Assembly (NCBI GenBank): GCA_025449535.1
Contig: JANWJF010000001.1
Coordinates: 421,136-485,135 of the forward strand
Direction of reading: 5' to 3'
Origin: Candidatus Saccharimonadia bacterium
Lineage (GTDB): Bacteria; Patescibacteriota; SICC01
DNA: 64,000 bases
Part shown: piece after piece, positions 1 to 10,197 of the stretch
Position numbering within the stretch: the stretch's first letter is position 1
Layout of the letters: each line of letters opens with the position of its first letter
Position numbers and translations under genes: made by a program
The notes under the pieces: model-generated
Seen by the model: only the letters and a program-made list of their open reading frames with translations
The model's database searches: none
Told to the model about the DNA's origin: nothing

Positions 1-1
1 T

Positions 2-436
2 ACGGAGCATCTGGACCTTTCCGACGTAGCCTTCGACCCGTACGACATCTACCTGGCCTACTGGATCGCCACGCTGCGGCCGGTGCTCGACAGCGGCGGG
101 ACCTACCGGGCGTTCCTCGAGGCTAACGGATGGGTCACGCGGTATGTGCCCGGTTATGCCGACCTGGACTTCGACGTGGCCGCCCCGGCGCGGACGGCGG
201 CCTGGCGGGAACGCCTGCTCTCCGGTCGGGTCGGGGACTGGCTCGAACGACGCCTGTCCGCCTTCCAACTGAAGCGGATCGACACCGAGCCGCGTGCCAA
301 GGAACCGGACGTCCGGATCGTCGCCGACCGCACCATGCTCAAGTTCCACGAGAAAGAACGCCGCAAGACCTACCGGACCGACTGGGAACACCTGATGAAG
401 TCGCTGGGCTTCGATCCGAAGCGTATCCTGGAGTAA
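2..436 (+). CDS. Hypothetical protein, 3' part (5' end outside window); possibly nucleotidyltransferase-domain family
   Basis: Frame open from position 2 (TEHLDLSDVAFDPYDIYLAYWIATLRP...MLKFHEKERR) to TAA at 434-436. Family guess is from recall only. Confidence 0.55.
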   Translation, partial: TEHLDLSDVAFDPYDIYLAYWIATLRPVLDSGGTYRAFLEANGWVTRYVPGYADLDFDVAAPARTAAWRERLLSGRVGDWLERRLSAFQLKRIDTEPRAKEPDVRIVADRTMLKFHEKERRKTYRTDWEHLMKSLGFDPKRILE

Positions 437-458
437 GCTTGCCTGCTAAAATACAGAC

Positions 459-1073
459 ATGGTACTGTCGCGGTTGCTCGACGCATTGTTTCCCCCGCGC
501 TGCGTCGCTTGCGCGTCGCCGGGATGCTGGTGGTGCACCGGCTGCGACCGGAAACTCCTCCCGCCGCCCGACGGGCCGACCCCTGGCCTGGACCGGTTAT
601 TGGCCGCGGCGGCCCATCGCGACCCGGTGACGCACCTGGTGAAGTCCCTGAAGTATCGGCACGCCAAGGCCGTGGTCCCGGCGATCACCGCCCGGCTCGC
701 TCCGTTGGCCGCGGACGTGGCGCGGGAACGCCCGTTGCTGGTGCCCGTCCCGCTCCACTCACGGCGCCTGCGGGAGCGCGGCCACAACCAGTCGGCGCTG
801 ATCGCCGAGGCGGTATCCGAAGCGACCGGACTGCCGCTCTCCGACGCCTTGGCACGGAGGCGCTACACCCGGACCCAGACGGGGTTGGGGCGGGCGGATC
901 GGCACCGGAACGTCGACGGCGCGTTCGAGTGGACGGGCGCGGCGCTTGGCGCGCAGCCGGTGCTCCTAGTCGACGACGTATACACGACCGGGGCCACGCT
1001 GGCCGCTTGTGCGGAGGCATGCCGCGCCAGCGGCGTGAAGCACGTCTACGGACTCACGGTCGGCAGGCGCTAG
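459..1073 (+). CDS. comF: ComF family competence protein (phosphoribosyltransferase fold)
   Basis: N-terminal LFPPRCxxC..WCxxC zinc motif, VPVPLH..RERGHNQS and the PRT motif LLVDDVYTTGATL. Confidence 0.9.
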   Translation: MVLSRLLDALFPPRCVACASPGCWWCTGCDRKLLPPPDGPTPGLDRLLAAAAHRDPVTHLVKSLKYRHAKAVVPAITARLAPLAADVARERPLLVPVPLHSRRLRERGHNQSALIAEAVSEATGLPLSDALARRRYTRTQTGLGRADRHRNVDGAFEWTGAALGAQPVLLVDDVYTTGATLAACAEACRASGVKHVYGLTVGRR

Positions 1074-2803
1074 TTCAGGCTCTGCTCGCCGGCCACCGGG
1101 AAGGCCTTGCGTGGCTTGTAGTTCGAATAGAAGACCCGGTCGATCGGCTCGGGGCCGCCCGTCACCGTGTACCGGAACGAGGCGGTACCTCCGCCTTCTT
1201 CCGTGGCGTTGATACTGAGTACATCGGTGGCGGACTTCCGCCCATCGGGCGTGCCATAGAACTGGTAGGTGATGGACTGGCCGGACACGCTGGTCTGCAC
1301 CAGGATGTGTCCCTTGGTGTTGTTGACGAACTTCATGTCCGGGTTCGGTGGATAGATCGTGGCGTCCATGCCGATCGGCGCGTAGTAGTGGACGGCGTAG
1401 GAGTGGTTCGTGCGGTCGGTGATCGGCAGGCCGGTGTCCATGGCTGCCCGGAACATCGTGGTCGAGACCTGACAGAGGCCGCCGCCATACTGCGGCGTGG
1501 TCTTGTTCTCGAGGATCACCAGCTCGGGGCGATACCCCGTCTCCGGTCCGACGTCCCCGAGGGCCGTATTGAACGAGAACTCCTGGCCGGGCTTGATCAG
1601 GATCCCGTCGAACTTCGCGGCGCCGACCCCGATGTTGAACGTCCGGTTGACCGGACTGCCTTCGAACGTCGTGGTCGCCGAGCCGATCAGTGTCTTCAAG
1701 CCGAGCTTGCCGAGGTTAGTCGGGCTGACCGTGGCCGGTTCCCGGACGATGCGCAGCGTGGCGACCTCGCCGCGCTTGGTCCGGTCGATGACCTCGCGGA
1801 CGGCCGCCGCGCGATCCACCACCAGGCCGTCCTCGGATTGCCCGGAGAAGACCACCTTGCCACCCTGCATCGCCAACCGGCCGTTCCGGGCCGGGCGGTC
1901 CACCTGGTCGGCGACCGTCTTCACGTAGGTCCCTACGCGTTCCCGGTCGTACTCCGCTGCCAACCGGTACTGCTCCTCCCCGAGCTCAGCCGGGGTCAGG
2001 TACAGGTCCTTCAGGAACGCCGGCACCACGGTCGCGTCGGACAAGGGCGTCTTCACGGTCCGCTTCGCCACCTCGAAGCCCACCCAGTCCCGGACCGTGT
2101 CCGCGCCCGGATGGAATTCCCGGTCACTCGCCTCCACCAAGGCCGGCTGGTCCGCCAGGAACCGGGCCTTGGCCAGGGCCGGGGCCAGGTCGCGGGAAGT
2201 GACCCGGGGACGCAGCGTGACGCGACGCACGGTGACGCTCGTGCCAAACCGTTCGATCGCCAGGCTGGCGTCCCGGACCGCCCGGTCCGTGTCGATGCCG
2301 AACCCGTCCTCCGCCGGCCGGCCCTCGAAGTCGTCACCGACGCGGACGACGGACGCATCGACGGACGGCACCGTGGAATCTGCCGTGCGTTCGAGCAGCT
2401 TCTGCTTGAGCGCGGCCCGGTTCAAACGGTAGACCAAGGGGGAATCATACGTGCCGAAGCCGAACGACGAAGGCGCCAGGGCGATACCGAGGTCGCTCCG
2501 CCCGGCCCGCATCGCCGCCTCGGCCGTGGCCTTGGCGTCGATCTTCAGGCCCAGTTCCGCCGCCGGAAAGACGTACGCCTTCTTGCCGTCGACGAACGTC
2601 AGGCGCTGGATCTCATTGGCCCGGTCAGCGATCGTGGCCGCCGCTTCCGACTCGGTCTGGCCACCGAGGTTACTGCCGGCCACGGACACGCCGGGCAGTA
2701 CCCGGTCGCGATAGATGACCTGGCTGAGGCCGACGATACCCAGCACGATTATTACGACCGTCAGGGCAGCGCGCAAGAACGGCCTACCCCCTCGCTCGCT
2801 CAT
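1070..2803 (-). CDS. VanW family protein with peptidoglycan-binding (PG_binding_4-like) repeats
   Basis: N-terminal TM helix; C-terminal VanW motifs NRTFNI, FSFN, GGGLCQVSTTMFRA, R.NHSY, GMDATIY, DMKFVNN. Start placed at ATG 2803, overlapping the upstream stop. Confidence 0.85.
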   Translation of the reverse strand: MSERGGRPFLRAALTVVIIVLGIVGLSQVIYRDRVLPGVSVAGSNLGGQTESEAAATIADRANEIQRLTFVDGKKAYVFPAAELGLKIDAKATAEAAMRAGRSDLGIALAPSSFGFGTYDSPLVYRLNRAALKQKLLERTADSTVPSVDASVVRVGDDFEGRPAEDGFGIDTDRAVRDASLAIERFGTSVTVRRVTLRPRVTSRDLAPALAKARFLADQPALVEASDREFHPGADTVRDWVGFEVAKRTVKTPLSDATVVPAFLKDLYLTPAELGEEQYRLAAEYDRERVGTYVKTVADQVDRPARNGRLAMQGGKVVFSGQSEDGLVVDRAAAVREVIDRTKRGEVATLRIVREPATVSPTNLGKLGLKTLIGSATTTFEGSPVNRTFNIGVGAAKFDGILIKPGQEFSFNTALGDVGPETGYRPELVILENKTTPQYGGGLCQVSTTMFRAAMDTGLPITDRTNHSYAVHYYAPIGMDATIYPPNPDMKFVNNTKGHILVQTSVSGQSITYQFYGTPDGRKSATDVLSINATEEGGGTASFRYTVTGGPEPIDRVFYSNYKPRKAFPVAGEQSLN

Positions 2804-3021
2804 CGCTCCCCGCCGAGCAATTCCTTCAGTACCACTCGGGCCTGCTCGTGCCGGTCCGTCTCGGCCTGCGCTTCGCTCAGCAGCCGGACCACGACCGTAT
2901 CTCCTTTCCGGACGTCCGGAGCCTGTTCGCGGGGCCACTCGAACCGCCGGTCACCGAGGCGCAATGTGACCGTTCGTGCTGAGACGGATTCGACGACCGC
3001 TTTCTGCTCATGCGGATTCAT
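2800..3021 (-). CDS. Small hypothetical protein
   Basis: 73 aa ORF with ATGA overlap to the VanW gene; beta-rich N-terminus and helical tail (ARVVLKELL). Confidence 0.6.
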   Translation of the reverse strand: MNPHEQKAVVESVSARTVTLRLGDRRFEWPREQAPDVRKGDTVVVRLLSEAQAETDRHEQARVVLKELLGGER

Positions 3022-3091
3022 TGTAGACACTGCTTACCGTTTGGACATAGGGAACGTATCAGTATAGCCTGCCCGGACGTGCACCGCTCGC

Positions 3092-4216
3092 TCAATCCAG
3101 AACGGACTCGTAGACGGCGAGGGTCTCGCGGGCCATCCGCTTCCAAGAGTACCGCTTGGCCTGTGCCAGGCCGCGCCGGCGGAGCGAGGTCCGCAGGCGC
3201 CGGTCGGTCAGTACCCGCTCCAACGCCCCGGCCATCTCGGCGGTGTTCCGCGGGTTGAAGAAGTGCGCGGCCGTGCCGAGGATCTCCGGCATCGGTTGGG
3301 CGTCGGAGGAGGTCACCGGCGTGCCGCTAGCCATCGCCTCGAGCGGTGGCAGGCCGAATCCTTCGGTCAACGAGGGGAACACGAACGCATCGGCGGAAGC
3401 ATAGTACTTCGGCAGGTCCTCGTAGTCGACGAAGCCGGTCAGCCGGACGTCGCGCTCGAGCCCGAGTCGCCGGATCGTCTCAGGGATGATCGGGAACGCC
3501 GGGTCGCGCTTACCCACCAACACCAGCTCGACGTCGCGACGCTCACGGAGCTTCTTGAACGCCCGGAAAAGTCGGATCAGGTTCTTGTGTTCGCGCCATT
3601 CGCCGGCGTACATCAGGAACGGCCGGTCGAGGCCATGCTGACGCCGGAACGCGATCTTCGCCGCCGGACTGAGCGGCCGGTAACGATCCTCGGCCGCTTC
3701 GTAGATCACCTTGATCCGATCCTGCGGCGTCCGGAACTTCCGGGCCACCAGTCGCCGCTGGTATTCGGAGATCGTGATCACCGCCTTGCTGTGCGCGATG
3801 CCTTTGCGGACGACCAGACGCATCGGATGCATCTTGAGCCGGGAGAGCCGGCTGCGGCCGGAGTACTCCAGCAACGTCACGTCGTGGACCGTCACCACAA
3901 ACGGCTTCCGGTATCGGATCGGGTAGTTGAAGTTGGTGAAGTGGACCAGGTCCAGACCGGCGCGCTCGAGTTGTCCCGATAGTCCCAGCTGTTCGCGGAA
4001 CGTGTAGTGGCGGATCGTGGTCGGCAGGACCTCGAACGGTAGGCCGGAGCGCTTAAAGGCCGGCACGTCCTCCTCGAGAAGCAGCACTATGAAGATGTGT
4101 GGCGTCCGCAGCTTGGCGAGATGCTCGAGCAGTTCGCGGGTGTACCGCGCCAGGCCCGAGCCGGTCCCGTAGAACCGGGCGTCGACGCAGATCCGCTTAC
4201 CCTGTCGCTTGCTCAC
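3092..4216 (-). CDS. GT4 glycosyltransferase
   Basis: ICVDAR N-terminus, TVHD, and FVFPSLTEGFGLPPLEAMASG (EX7E). Confidence 0.92.
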   Translation of the reverse strand: MSKRQGKRICVDARFYGTGSGLARYTRELLEHLAKLRTPHIFIVLLLEEDVPAFKRSGLPFEVLPTTIRHYTFREQLGLSGQLERAGLDLVHFTNFNYPIRYRKPFVVTVHDVTLLEYSGRSRLSRLKMHPMRLVVRKGIAHSKAVITISEYQRRLVARKFRTPQDRIKVIYEAAEDRYRPLSPAAKIAFRRQHGLDRPFLMYAGEWREHKNLIRLFRAFKKLRERRDVELVLVGKRDPAFPIIPETIRRLGLERDVRLTGFVDYEDLPKYYASADAFVFPSLTEGFGLPPLEAMASGTPVTSSDAQPMPEILGTAAHFFNPRNTAEMAGALERVLTDRRLRTSLRRRGLAQAKRYSWKRMARETLAVYESVLD

Positions 4217-5448
4217 GCGGCCCTCCGCTTCGCTGCCTGCGGCAGCACGGTCAGCAGCAGTACGACCATGAAGACCAAGGCCAGGTCGTTCTTGAGGATC
4301 GGCGTGTCCACCAGGCCGTGCGTGACGATCGCGGCCGTCATGGCGGCGGCCGGCGGGACCCAGGCGTCACGGCGCCGGTATAGCAGCCGGGCGGCGGTAC
4401 CGAGCAAGCCGAGGAGTCCCAGCAGCGCCAGCAGGCCCCATTCCGTCCAGGTGACCAGGAACACGTTGTGGGCGTCCGGTGCGCGCGGGATCACGAATTG
4501 CCGGAGTTCCTCATCCCCGCCCATCCGGCGCCGCACCTCGTCCTGGAAATGCTCCGGGCCGGCGCCGAGCAACGGCCGTTCCCCGACCACTTCCAGCGCG
4601 GTCTTCCACAGCACGCTCCGGGTGGAGTACTGGTCGCTCCGTTCGACCAGGGTGAGCCCGGCGGTCGCTACCAGTCCGAGGGCCAGGGCCACCACCGCGC
4701 CCCGCTTCAGCCAGACGGCTCCGCTGCGCAGCGCCACCAGCGTGGCGGCTCCGATCGCGAAGGCGAGCACGCCGCCACGCGACTGCGAGCCGGCCAGCAG
4801 CCCTAACGCCAGCAGCGCCGGTACATAGCGGACGTACGCCGGCAGCCGCTGCGGCCAGCCGATCAGAAGCAGGCCCAACGGCACGCCGAGGTGGGCCAGG
4901 AAGTTCGCGGACTGGAACGGTCCGGTCAGCCGACCATCGTACGACAGCGCCGTGCCGCCGAGCGCCAGTGCGGCGGTCCAGAGCGCCGTGATCCCGACGG
5001 CGGCGGCGGCTCCGTAGGCGATCGGACGAGCGGACTCCTTCGTGAACACGGTCCGGGCCACCACGAAGAACAATACGGGTTCGAGGAAGAACGCTCGCCA
5101 CAGCCCGAGTCCCTGCTGGGGGTCCGGCGCCAGGAGTGCAGCCACGAGCGAACCGCCGGCCCAGAGCGCGAGCCAGGGGTCGTACGGCGACCAGCGGGGC
5201 TTGTACGCCGGCCAACGGCTGAGTATCCCGAGCAGGACCGCGCCGAGCAGCAGCTCGAGCAACGTGGTCGGGAGACCGAGCGAGCCGCGCACCTGGTAGA
5301 GCGGCAGCGCCGCGACCACCAGCCCCAAGCCGCCGCCGGGGTGGCGACGGGTGAAGAGGAACGCTCCCAGAAGGAGCGCCATCACCGCGACCCAGGCGAT
5401 CGGGCCGGCGACGGTGAGGGTCTGCTCGGCGCCGATCGCGGAAATCAT
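4213..5448 (-). CDS. O-antigen ligase / Wzy_C family membrane protein
   Basis: Multi-TM; RLTGPFQSANFLA, SQSRGG, R..LW, PLLGAG, AHNVFL. Start at ATG 5448 (ATGA overlap). Confidence 0.85.
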   Translation of the reverse strand: MISAIGAEQTLTVAGPIAWVAVMALLLGAFLFTRRHPGGGLGLVVAALPLYQVRGSLGLPTTLLELLLGAVLLGILSRWPAYKPRWSPYDPWLALWAGGSLVAALLAPDPQQGLGLWRAFFLEPVLFFVVARTVFTKESARPIAYGAAAAVGITALWTAALALGGTALSYDGRLTGPFQSANFLAHLGVPLGLLLIGWPQRLPAYVRYVPALLALGLLAGSQSRGGVLAFAIGAATLVALRSGAVWLKRGAVVALALGLVATAGLTLVERSDQYSTRSVLWKTALEVVGERPLLGAGPEHFQDEVRRRMGGDEELRQFVIPRAPDAHNVFLVTWTEWGLLALLGLLGLLGTAARLLYRRRDAWVPPAAAMTAAIVTHGLVDTPILKNDLALVFMVVLLLTVLPQAAKRRAA

Positions 5449-6761
5449 CGGGAGGACCTGATCGGTACGGTGACGGCCAAGAGTAACGCCCAGGGCACGA
5501 ACAGGAAGAGGTAGAAGAGGGCGTTGTTGAGGAACGAGGCCGCCAGGTAGGCGATCGTGAAGAAGAACAACGCGTTGGCGGGCTCGGCTGCCGGACCCGC
5601 GACAGCACGCAGCCGCCAGAGCCGGCGCAGCACCTGGGCGTAGAACGCCAGGAGCAGCGCCAGGCCGACGATCCCGGTCGTGACCCATATGTTGAGCAGC
5701 GAGCTGTCGGAGCCCTGGATCGAGTTCTTCTTGAGCGCCTTCTCGGTCACGACCTCTTGGTCAACCAGCGCCGTGCCGTAGGCATTGTAGCCGACCCCGA
5801 TCACTGGACTGGTCTGCAGCAGATCCCAGCCCTGCCGCAGCGTGGTGATGCGGGCGCTGCCGGTGGGATCACACTCCTTGTCCGTCCGTTCATCGCAGTC
5901 GAACCCTTGCTTGGAGTACCGCGAGGTGTCCGCGAGCGAGGGCGCCGTATCGAACCGCGAGCCCAGCCGGGTCGGTACGAACAGGGTGCCGATGAACACG
6001 GCGACCAGCGCCAGGCTGAATAGCTTCTTGTACTTCCAGGCGACCGCCGGGACTGCGATCAGCCCGGCCAGCCAGGCGCTGCGGGAATAGGTCAGGTACA
6101 GCCCCACCCAACCGGATAGGAAGAGGACGACGTACCCGATCCGGGTCCAGTGCTTCGTGATGAAAGCCCGTCCGAGCGAGAACGCCATCACCAGCGCCAG
6201 GAACGGACCGAAGAGGTTCGGGTCGTAGAAGGTGGACAGCAGTCGGCCCAGGTGGGGGTCCCACCCCTGCGGCACCATGAAGATGAAATTCGGGAACAGG
6301 GCGAGGATCAGGAAGCCGAACCCCACCAGCGCCACAGCGGCGGCCACGAACCACTCGGTGACCGGGCGGCGCAGCTCCTTGGCCCGGGAGGCCGTGAACC
6401 AGGCCAGGAAGAACACTACTGAGATCCGCGCCAGATAGGACGCGGCGACCACGACTTCCTTCGGTTCGTATGCGAAGGCGTTGATGCCGAGCGCGACCGC
6501 GGCCCAGAGCAGGAACGACAGGCTCCACTTCCAGACGGAATCGTGCCAGACGGACCGGAGGAAGTCCCCGAGGGAGCGGGTCTTCAGTAGGTGCCCGAGG
6601 ACGGCCAGGGACGAAATCCCGAGGACTACGTCGAGGATACTGACGGCCGCGCCGAAGCCGGAGAACGGCTGGATCCGGACCGCCTGCCCGGCGACGAGCG
6701 AACCGAAGATAGCCGCGACGAGCGCGACCGGCCAGAGTTGCTTCGTGCGGGATGCCGCCAT
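5445..6761 (-). CDS. O-antigen ligase / Wzy_C family membrane protein
   Basis: Multi-TM; RLLSTFYDPN, TYSRSAW, SPVIGVGYN, DSSLL..TGIVG. Start 6761 chosen because TATCAT lies 7 nt upstream; 6770 is the alternative. Confidence 0.85.
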   Translation of the reverse strand: MAASRTKQLWPVALVAAIFGSLVAGQAVRIQPFSGFGAAVSILDVVLGISSLAVLGHLLKTRSLGDFLRSVWHDSVWKWSLSFLLWAAVALGINAFAYEPKEVVVAASYLARISVVFFLAWFTASRAKELRRPVTEWFVAAAVALVGFGFLILALFPNFIFMVPQGWDPHLGRLLSTFYDPNLFGPFLALVMAFSLGRAFITKHWTRIGYVVLFLSGWVGLYLTYSRSAWLAGLIAVPAVAWKYKKLFSLALVAVFIGTLFVPTRLGSRFDTAPSLADTSRYSKQGFDCDERTDKECDPTGSARITTLRQGWDLLQTSPVIGVGYNAYGTALVDQEVVTEKALKKNSIQGSDSSLLNIWVTTGIVGLALLLAFYAQVLRRLWRLRAVAGPAAEPANALFFFTIAYLAASFLNNALFYLFLFVPWALLLAVTVPIRSSR

Positions 6762-6780
6762 ACGTCTCATGATACTGAAC

Positions 6781-7869
6781 CTAGCGGTCCAGGGCCTCCC
6801 GGATCGCGCCCAGGGTCGCCTTGGCGCTCTTGTCCCAACCGAACCGCTTGGCGCGTCGCTGTCCGGCGGCGGACAGCTTGCGGCGGCGCGGCGCGCTGCC
6901 GAGCAGCCGTTCGATGCCGGTGCGGATCGAGGAGACGTCCTGCGGATCGACGTACTCCGCGGCGTCCCCGGCCACCTCGCGCAGCACCGGCAGGTCGGAG
7001 ACCGCGGCCGGCGCTCCCGCGTGCATCGCCTCCAGGACGGGCAGGCCGAACCCTTCCAGCAGGCTCGGGTAGGCGAAGACGGTCGCGCCGCGGTACAACG
7101 CGGCCAGTTCCGCGTCGGTCGGCGCCTCGATCACCTTTACCCGGCGGGTACCGACCATGGCCCGCTTCACCGGACGGTACCGCCAGCCCCAGCGGCCGGC
7201 GATCACCAGCGCGGTGTCACGGCGGCGGGACTCGGGGATCGACCGGAACGCCTCGATTAACCGGGCGTGGTTCTTGCGCGGTTCGATCGTCCCGACCGCC
7301 AGGACGTACCGCTTCGGCAGCTGCTGCGCCTTGGCGACCTTCCGGGCCGCGGCCGGCGCGGGAGCCGTTCGGAAGGAATCCGCGGCCAACGGCGCGACGG
7401 TGACTTCCGGCACGCGGCGGTACCGCTCCCGGAGCGCCGTGGCCGTCGCCTCGGAGTTCACGACTACGCCGGCGGCCTTCCGCAGGGCGTGCCGCAGCGT
7501 CAGCCGTTCGATCAGCCGGGTCCGCAGGCTCCCGCCCCACTGCCGCGAGAACGCCAGCAGGTCATGGACGAAGAGTACCGTGGGTACCTTCAGGTGGCGA
7601 GGGGTGAGGTAGCTGAGCGGCGAGAAGTAGCAGTCCACCGCCCGGTTCGCCGCGGCGGCGGTCCGGCGGTGCCAGAACGGTCCGCGTCCCGGTACCACCC
7701 GCCAGCGGCAGTTGTCCGGCAGGTTCCAGTCGAACCGGCGGTCGGTGAACAGCAGCCAGGTGTCGCGCGGCGACAGCCGCGCCAGGCGTGGCACCAGCTC
7801 GGCAACCACGCGCCCCTTGCCGGCCCGACGGTCCGGCGCGGCCTCCCGTACGTCTACTCCGATAACCAT
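6781..7869 (-). CDS. GT4 glycosyltransferase
   Basis: VGTIEPRKN and FAYPSLLEGFGLPVLEAM motifs. Confidence 0.92.
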   Translation of the reverse strand: MVIGVDVREAAPDRRAGKGRVVAELVPRLARLSPRDTWLLFTDRRFDWNLPDNCRWRVVPGRGPFWHRRTAAAANRAVDCYFSPLSYLTPRHLKVPTVLFVHDLLAFSRQWGGSLRTRLIERLTLRHALRKAAGVVVNSEATATALRERYRRVPEVTVAPLAADSFRTAPAPAAARKVAKAQQLPKRYVLAVGTIEPRKNHARLIEAFRSIPESRRRDTALVIAGRWGWRYRPVKRAMVGTRRVKVIEAPTDAELAALYRGATVFAYPSLLEGFGLPVLEAMHAGAPAAVSDLPVLREVAGDAAEYVDPQDVSSIRTGIERLLGSAPRRRKLSAAGQRRAKRFGWDKSAKATLGAIREALDR

Positions 7870-7874
7870 ACCGC

Positions 7875-9035
7875 CTATTTTACGGCACTTTTCGGCGGCG
7901 CGACGCGCGCGTTGCCCACGCCGAGTGCCTTATAGTACGCGCCGAGCGTCTTGTGGGCGGCGCGCTGCCAGGTGAACCGGGCGGCCTGCTCGTGGCCCGC
8001 CTCGACCAGGCGTTCCCGGAGCTTCGCGTCGTCGAGCACCCGTTCGATCGCCAGGCGCATCCCCTTGTCGTCGTCGGGGTCGAAGTACAGCGCGGCGGTG
8101 CCGGCCACTTCCGGCATCGAGGAGGTGTTCGACGTGACGACCGGCGTGCCGGCGGTCATCGCTTCGAGCAGCGGGATGCCGAACCCTTCGTAGTGCGAGG
8201 GGAAGACGAACGCCTTGGCGCCGGAGAACAGCGCCGGCAGTTCCGCGTCCGGCACGTAGCCGGTGAGGATCACCCGGTCCGTCAGGCCGAGCTTCCGGAT
8301 CAGCCGTTCCGTCTCCTCGAACAGCCAGCCCTGCCCGCCGACCACTACCAGTTGCTCGCGTACGTGCTTGCGCATCGCCGAGAACGCCAGCAGCAACGTC
8401 TCCAGGTTCTTCCGGGGCTCCAACGTGCCGACGGTCAGCAAGTAGTCGCGGTCGATACCGTACTTCTTGGCGATCCGGCCCCGGGTCGCCGGGTCCTGCT
8501 GCTCCGCGAACCGCGGATGGGCGGCGTGCGGCACGACGGTGATCCGGTTCCGGGAGACCCCGAACGCGTCGATGATGCCGTCGCGGGTCGACTCGGACAC
8601 GGCGATGACCTGCGCGGCCCGCTCCAGCGTATCCGGCACGAACCGCTTGAGGTACTCGAGATTCTTGGGCTCCACGTAGCCCGGGTGCTTCACGAAGGTG
8701 AGGTCGTGGATCGTCACTACGAACGGCTTGCGGGTCGGCGGGGCCACGTAGTTCGTGAAGTGCCATAGATCGCAGCGCGGCGCCGGCAGGTCCACCGTCG
8801 GCCAGCCGACGGTCTTCCAGAGCAGCTGCCAGCCACGGCGCCAGTTCCCCTGGAACGGGTAATGATGCGCGTTCGGGGCGGTCGGATGGACCGGGGATCC
8901 CCACAGGTGGTAAGCGTTCTGCGTATCGAGCTTGAGGAGTGCCGGAACCAACTGCTTGATGTAGACCCCGGCGCCGCCGGCCTGCCCGCCACGGTACTCC
9001 AGCCAGCGCGTGTCGATGTTGAAGGTGTGCGCCAT
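7875..9035 (-). CDS. GT4 glycosyltransferase
   Basis: TIHDL, VGTLEPRKN, FVFPSHYEGFGIPLLEAM. Start set at MAHTFNID. Confidence 0.92.
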   Translation of the reverse strand: MAHTFNIDTRWLEYRGGQAGGAGVYIKQLVPALLKLDTQNAYHLWGSPVHPTAPNAHHYPFQGNWRRGWQLLWKTVGWPTVDLPAPRCDLWHFTNYVAPPTRKPFVVTIHDLTFVKHPGYVEPKNLEYLKRFVPDTLERAAQVIAVSESTRDGIIDAFGVSRNRITVVPHAAHPRFAEQQDPATRGRIAKKYGIDRDYLLTVGTLEPRKNLETLLLAFSAMRKHVREQLVVVGGQGWLFEETERLIRKLGLTDRVILTGYVPDAELPALFSGAKAFVFPSHYEGFGIPLLEAMTAGTPVVTSNTSSMPEVAGTAALYFDPDDDKGMRLAIERVLDDAKLRERLVEAGHEQAARFTWQRAAHKTLGAYYKALGVGNARVAPPKSAVK

Positions 9036-9045
9036 ACCTACCAGC

Positions 9046-10197
9046 TTACCGGCTTTTCCGTGCGACCTTCGCAAGCAGCCGGTCGAAGTCCTCGGCGGCG
9101 GCGTCCCAACGCCAGTTCCGTTCCACGTCGCGGCGGCCGGCTTCGGCCAGACGCTTCGCGAGCTTGAGGTCGCCCAGCACGCGGCCGATCGCATCGGCGA
9201 ACCGTCGCGCGTCCCGCGGGACCTGGAGTCCGTTCTTGCCATTGCGGACGGTCTCGGCCAACCCCGCTTCGTCCACTGCCACGACCGGGGTGCCGGAAGC
9301 CATCGCCTCCAGCGTGATCAGCCCGAACGGCTCGCGGACCTGGGCGGCCGCGAACACGGACGCCTCGCGGTAGGCCTTTTTGAGTTCCGCGTCGGAGACG
9401 CCCTTCCGGATCTGCAGCCGGACGCCACCTTCCCGTGCCAACCGTGCCAACTCCGGACCGTAGTCGCCGCGGTCGCCGATGACGACGAGCCGCGGTCGTG
9501 CGGACCGCTCCAACAGTCCCAATGCCTCGATCACGAACTGGTGCCCCTTCAGCGGATGTAGCGCCCCGACGGACAGGACGAACGGTTCCCGCGCCGTGCG
9601 ACCGGGCCGGAACGCTTTCGTATCCACCCCGTGCCGGACCACGTCGCTCGCCACGCCGTAGACCTTCCGGACGTTCCGTCTCGTGTACTTGGAGTTCACC
9701 GCCACGGCCGTAGCCTTGCGGACGGCCCGCCGGTCGAACCGGACCCGCCGACGGTCGTAGGCCGCCCGGACCGCGCGCTTGGCCGCCGTCTTCGGGTTGG
9801 CCGTGAACGGCTCGCGTTCCTTCTCGTAGACGCCGCGCAGCGGCTCGGGACAGAAGTACAGCGACGGTGTCCGGAGGTACGGCAGCACCTCCGGCGCCTG
9901 GGTCAGGAAGCTGGCCGTCGCCAGGACGGCGTCGAATCCTCCGGCGTCAATCCGCCGGGCCGCCTCACGGCCGAAGCGGGGCACGGCCCGGAGCTTTCGG
10001 TAGTCGGCCAGGAGGCCGGTCCCGCCGGGCACTTCTATCCATTGCGTCGGCACGAAACCGCCGATCCCGAAGAAATCGCTGGCGGACGTCGGCGCGAACA
10101 GTTCGAACTCATGTTCGCGGCGCCGGGCCCGGACGTACTCGGAGAGCACCCGGAGCGCCCCGCCGGAGGGAAGGTTGTGATACAGGGCGACCTTCAC
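9046..10197 (-). CDS. GT4 glycosyltransferase
   Basis: Starts VKVALYHNLPSGGALR (GTG overlapping the upstream stop); EPFGLITLEAMASGTPVV. Confidence 0.9.
   Translation of the reverse strand: MKVALYHNLPSGGALRVLSEYVRARRREHEFELFAPTSASDFFGIGGFVPTQWIEVPGGTGLLADYRKLRAVPRFGREAARRIDAGGFDAVLATASFLTQAPEVLPYLRTPSLYFCPEPLRGVYEKEREPFTANPKTAAKRAVRAAYDRRRVRFDRRAVRKATAVAVNSKYTRRNVRKVYGVASDVVRHGVDTKAFRPGRTAREPFVLSVGALHPLKGHQFVIEALGLLERSARPRLVVIGDRGDYGPELARLAREGGVRLQIRKGVSDAELKKAYREASVFAAAQVREPFGLITLEAMASGTPVVAVDEAGLAETVRNGKNGLQVPRDARRFADAIGRVLGDLKLAKRLAEAGRRDVERNWRWDAAAEDFDRLLAKVARKSR

Noticed and set aside
509-3067. 852 aa plus-strand ORF, and similar long ORFs at 30775-33159, 39679-41493, 43154-44494, 47879-49291, 53065-54522 and 61373-63052
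   Set aside because: Antisense or alternate-frame shadows of well-supported genes, expected in GC3-rich DNA; no motifs.
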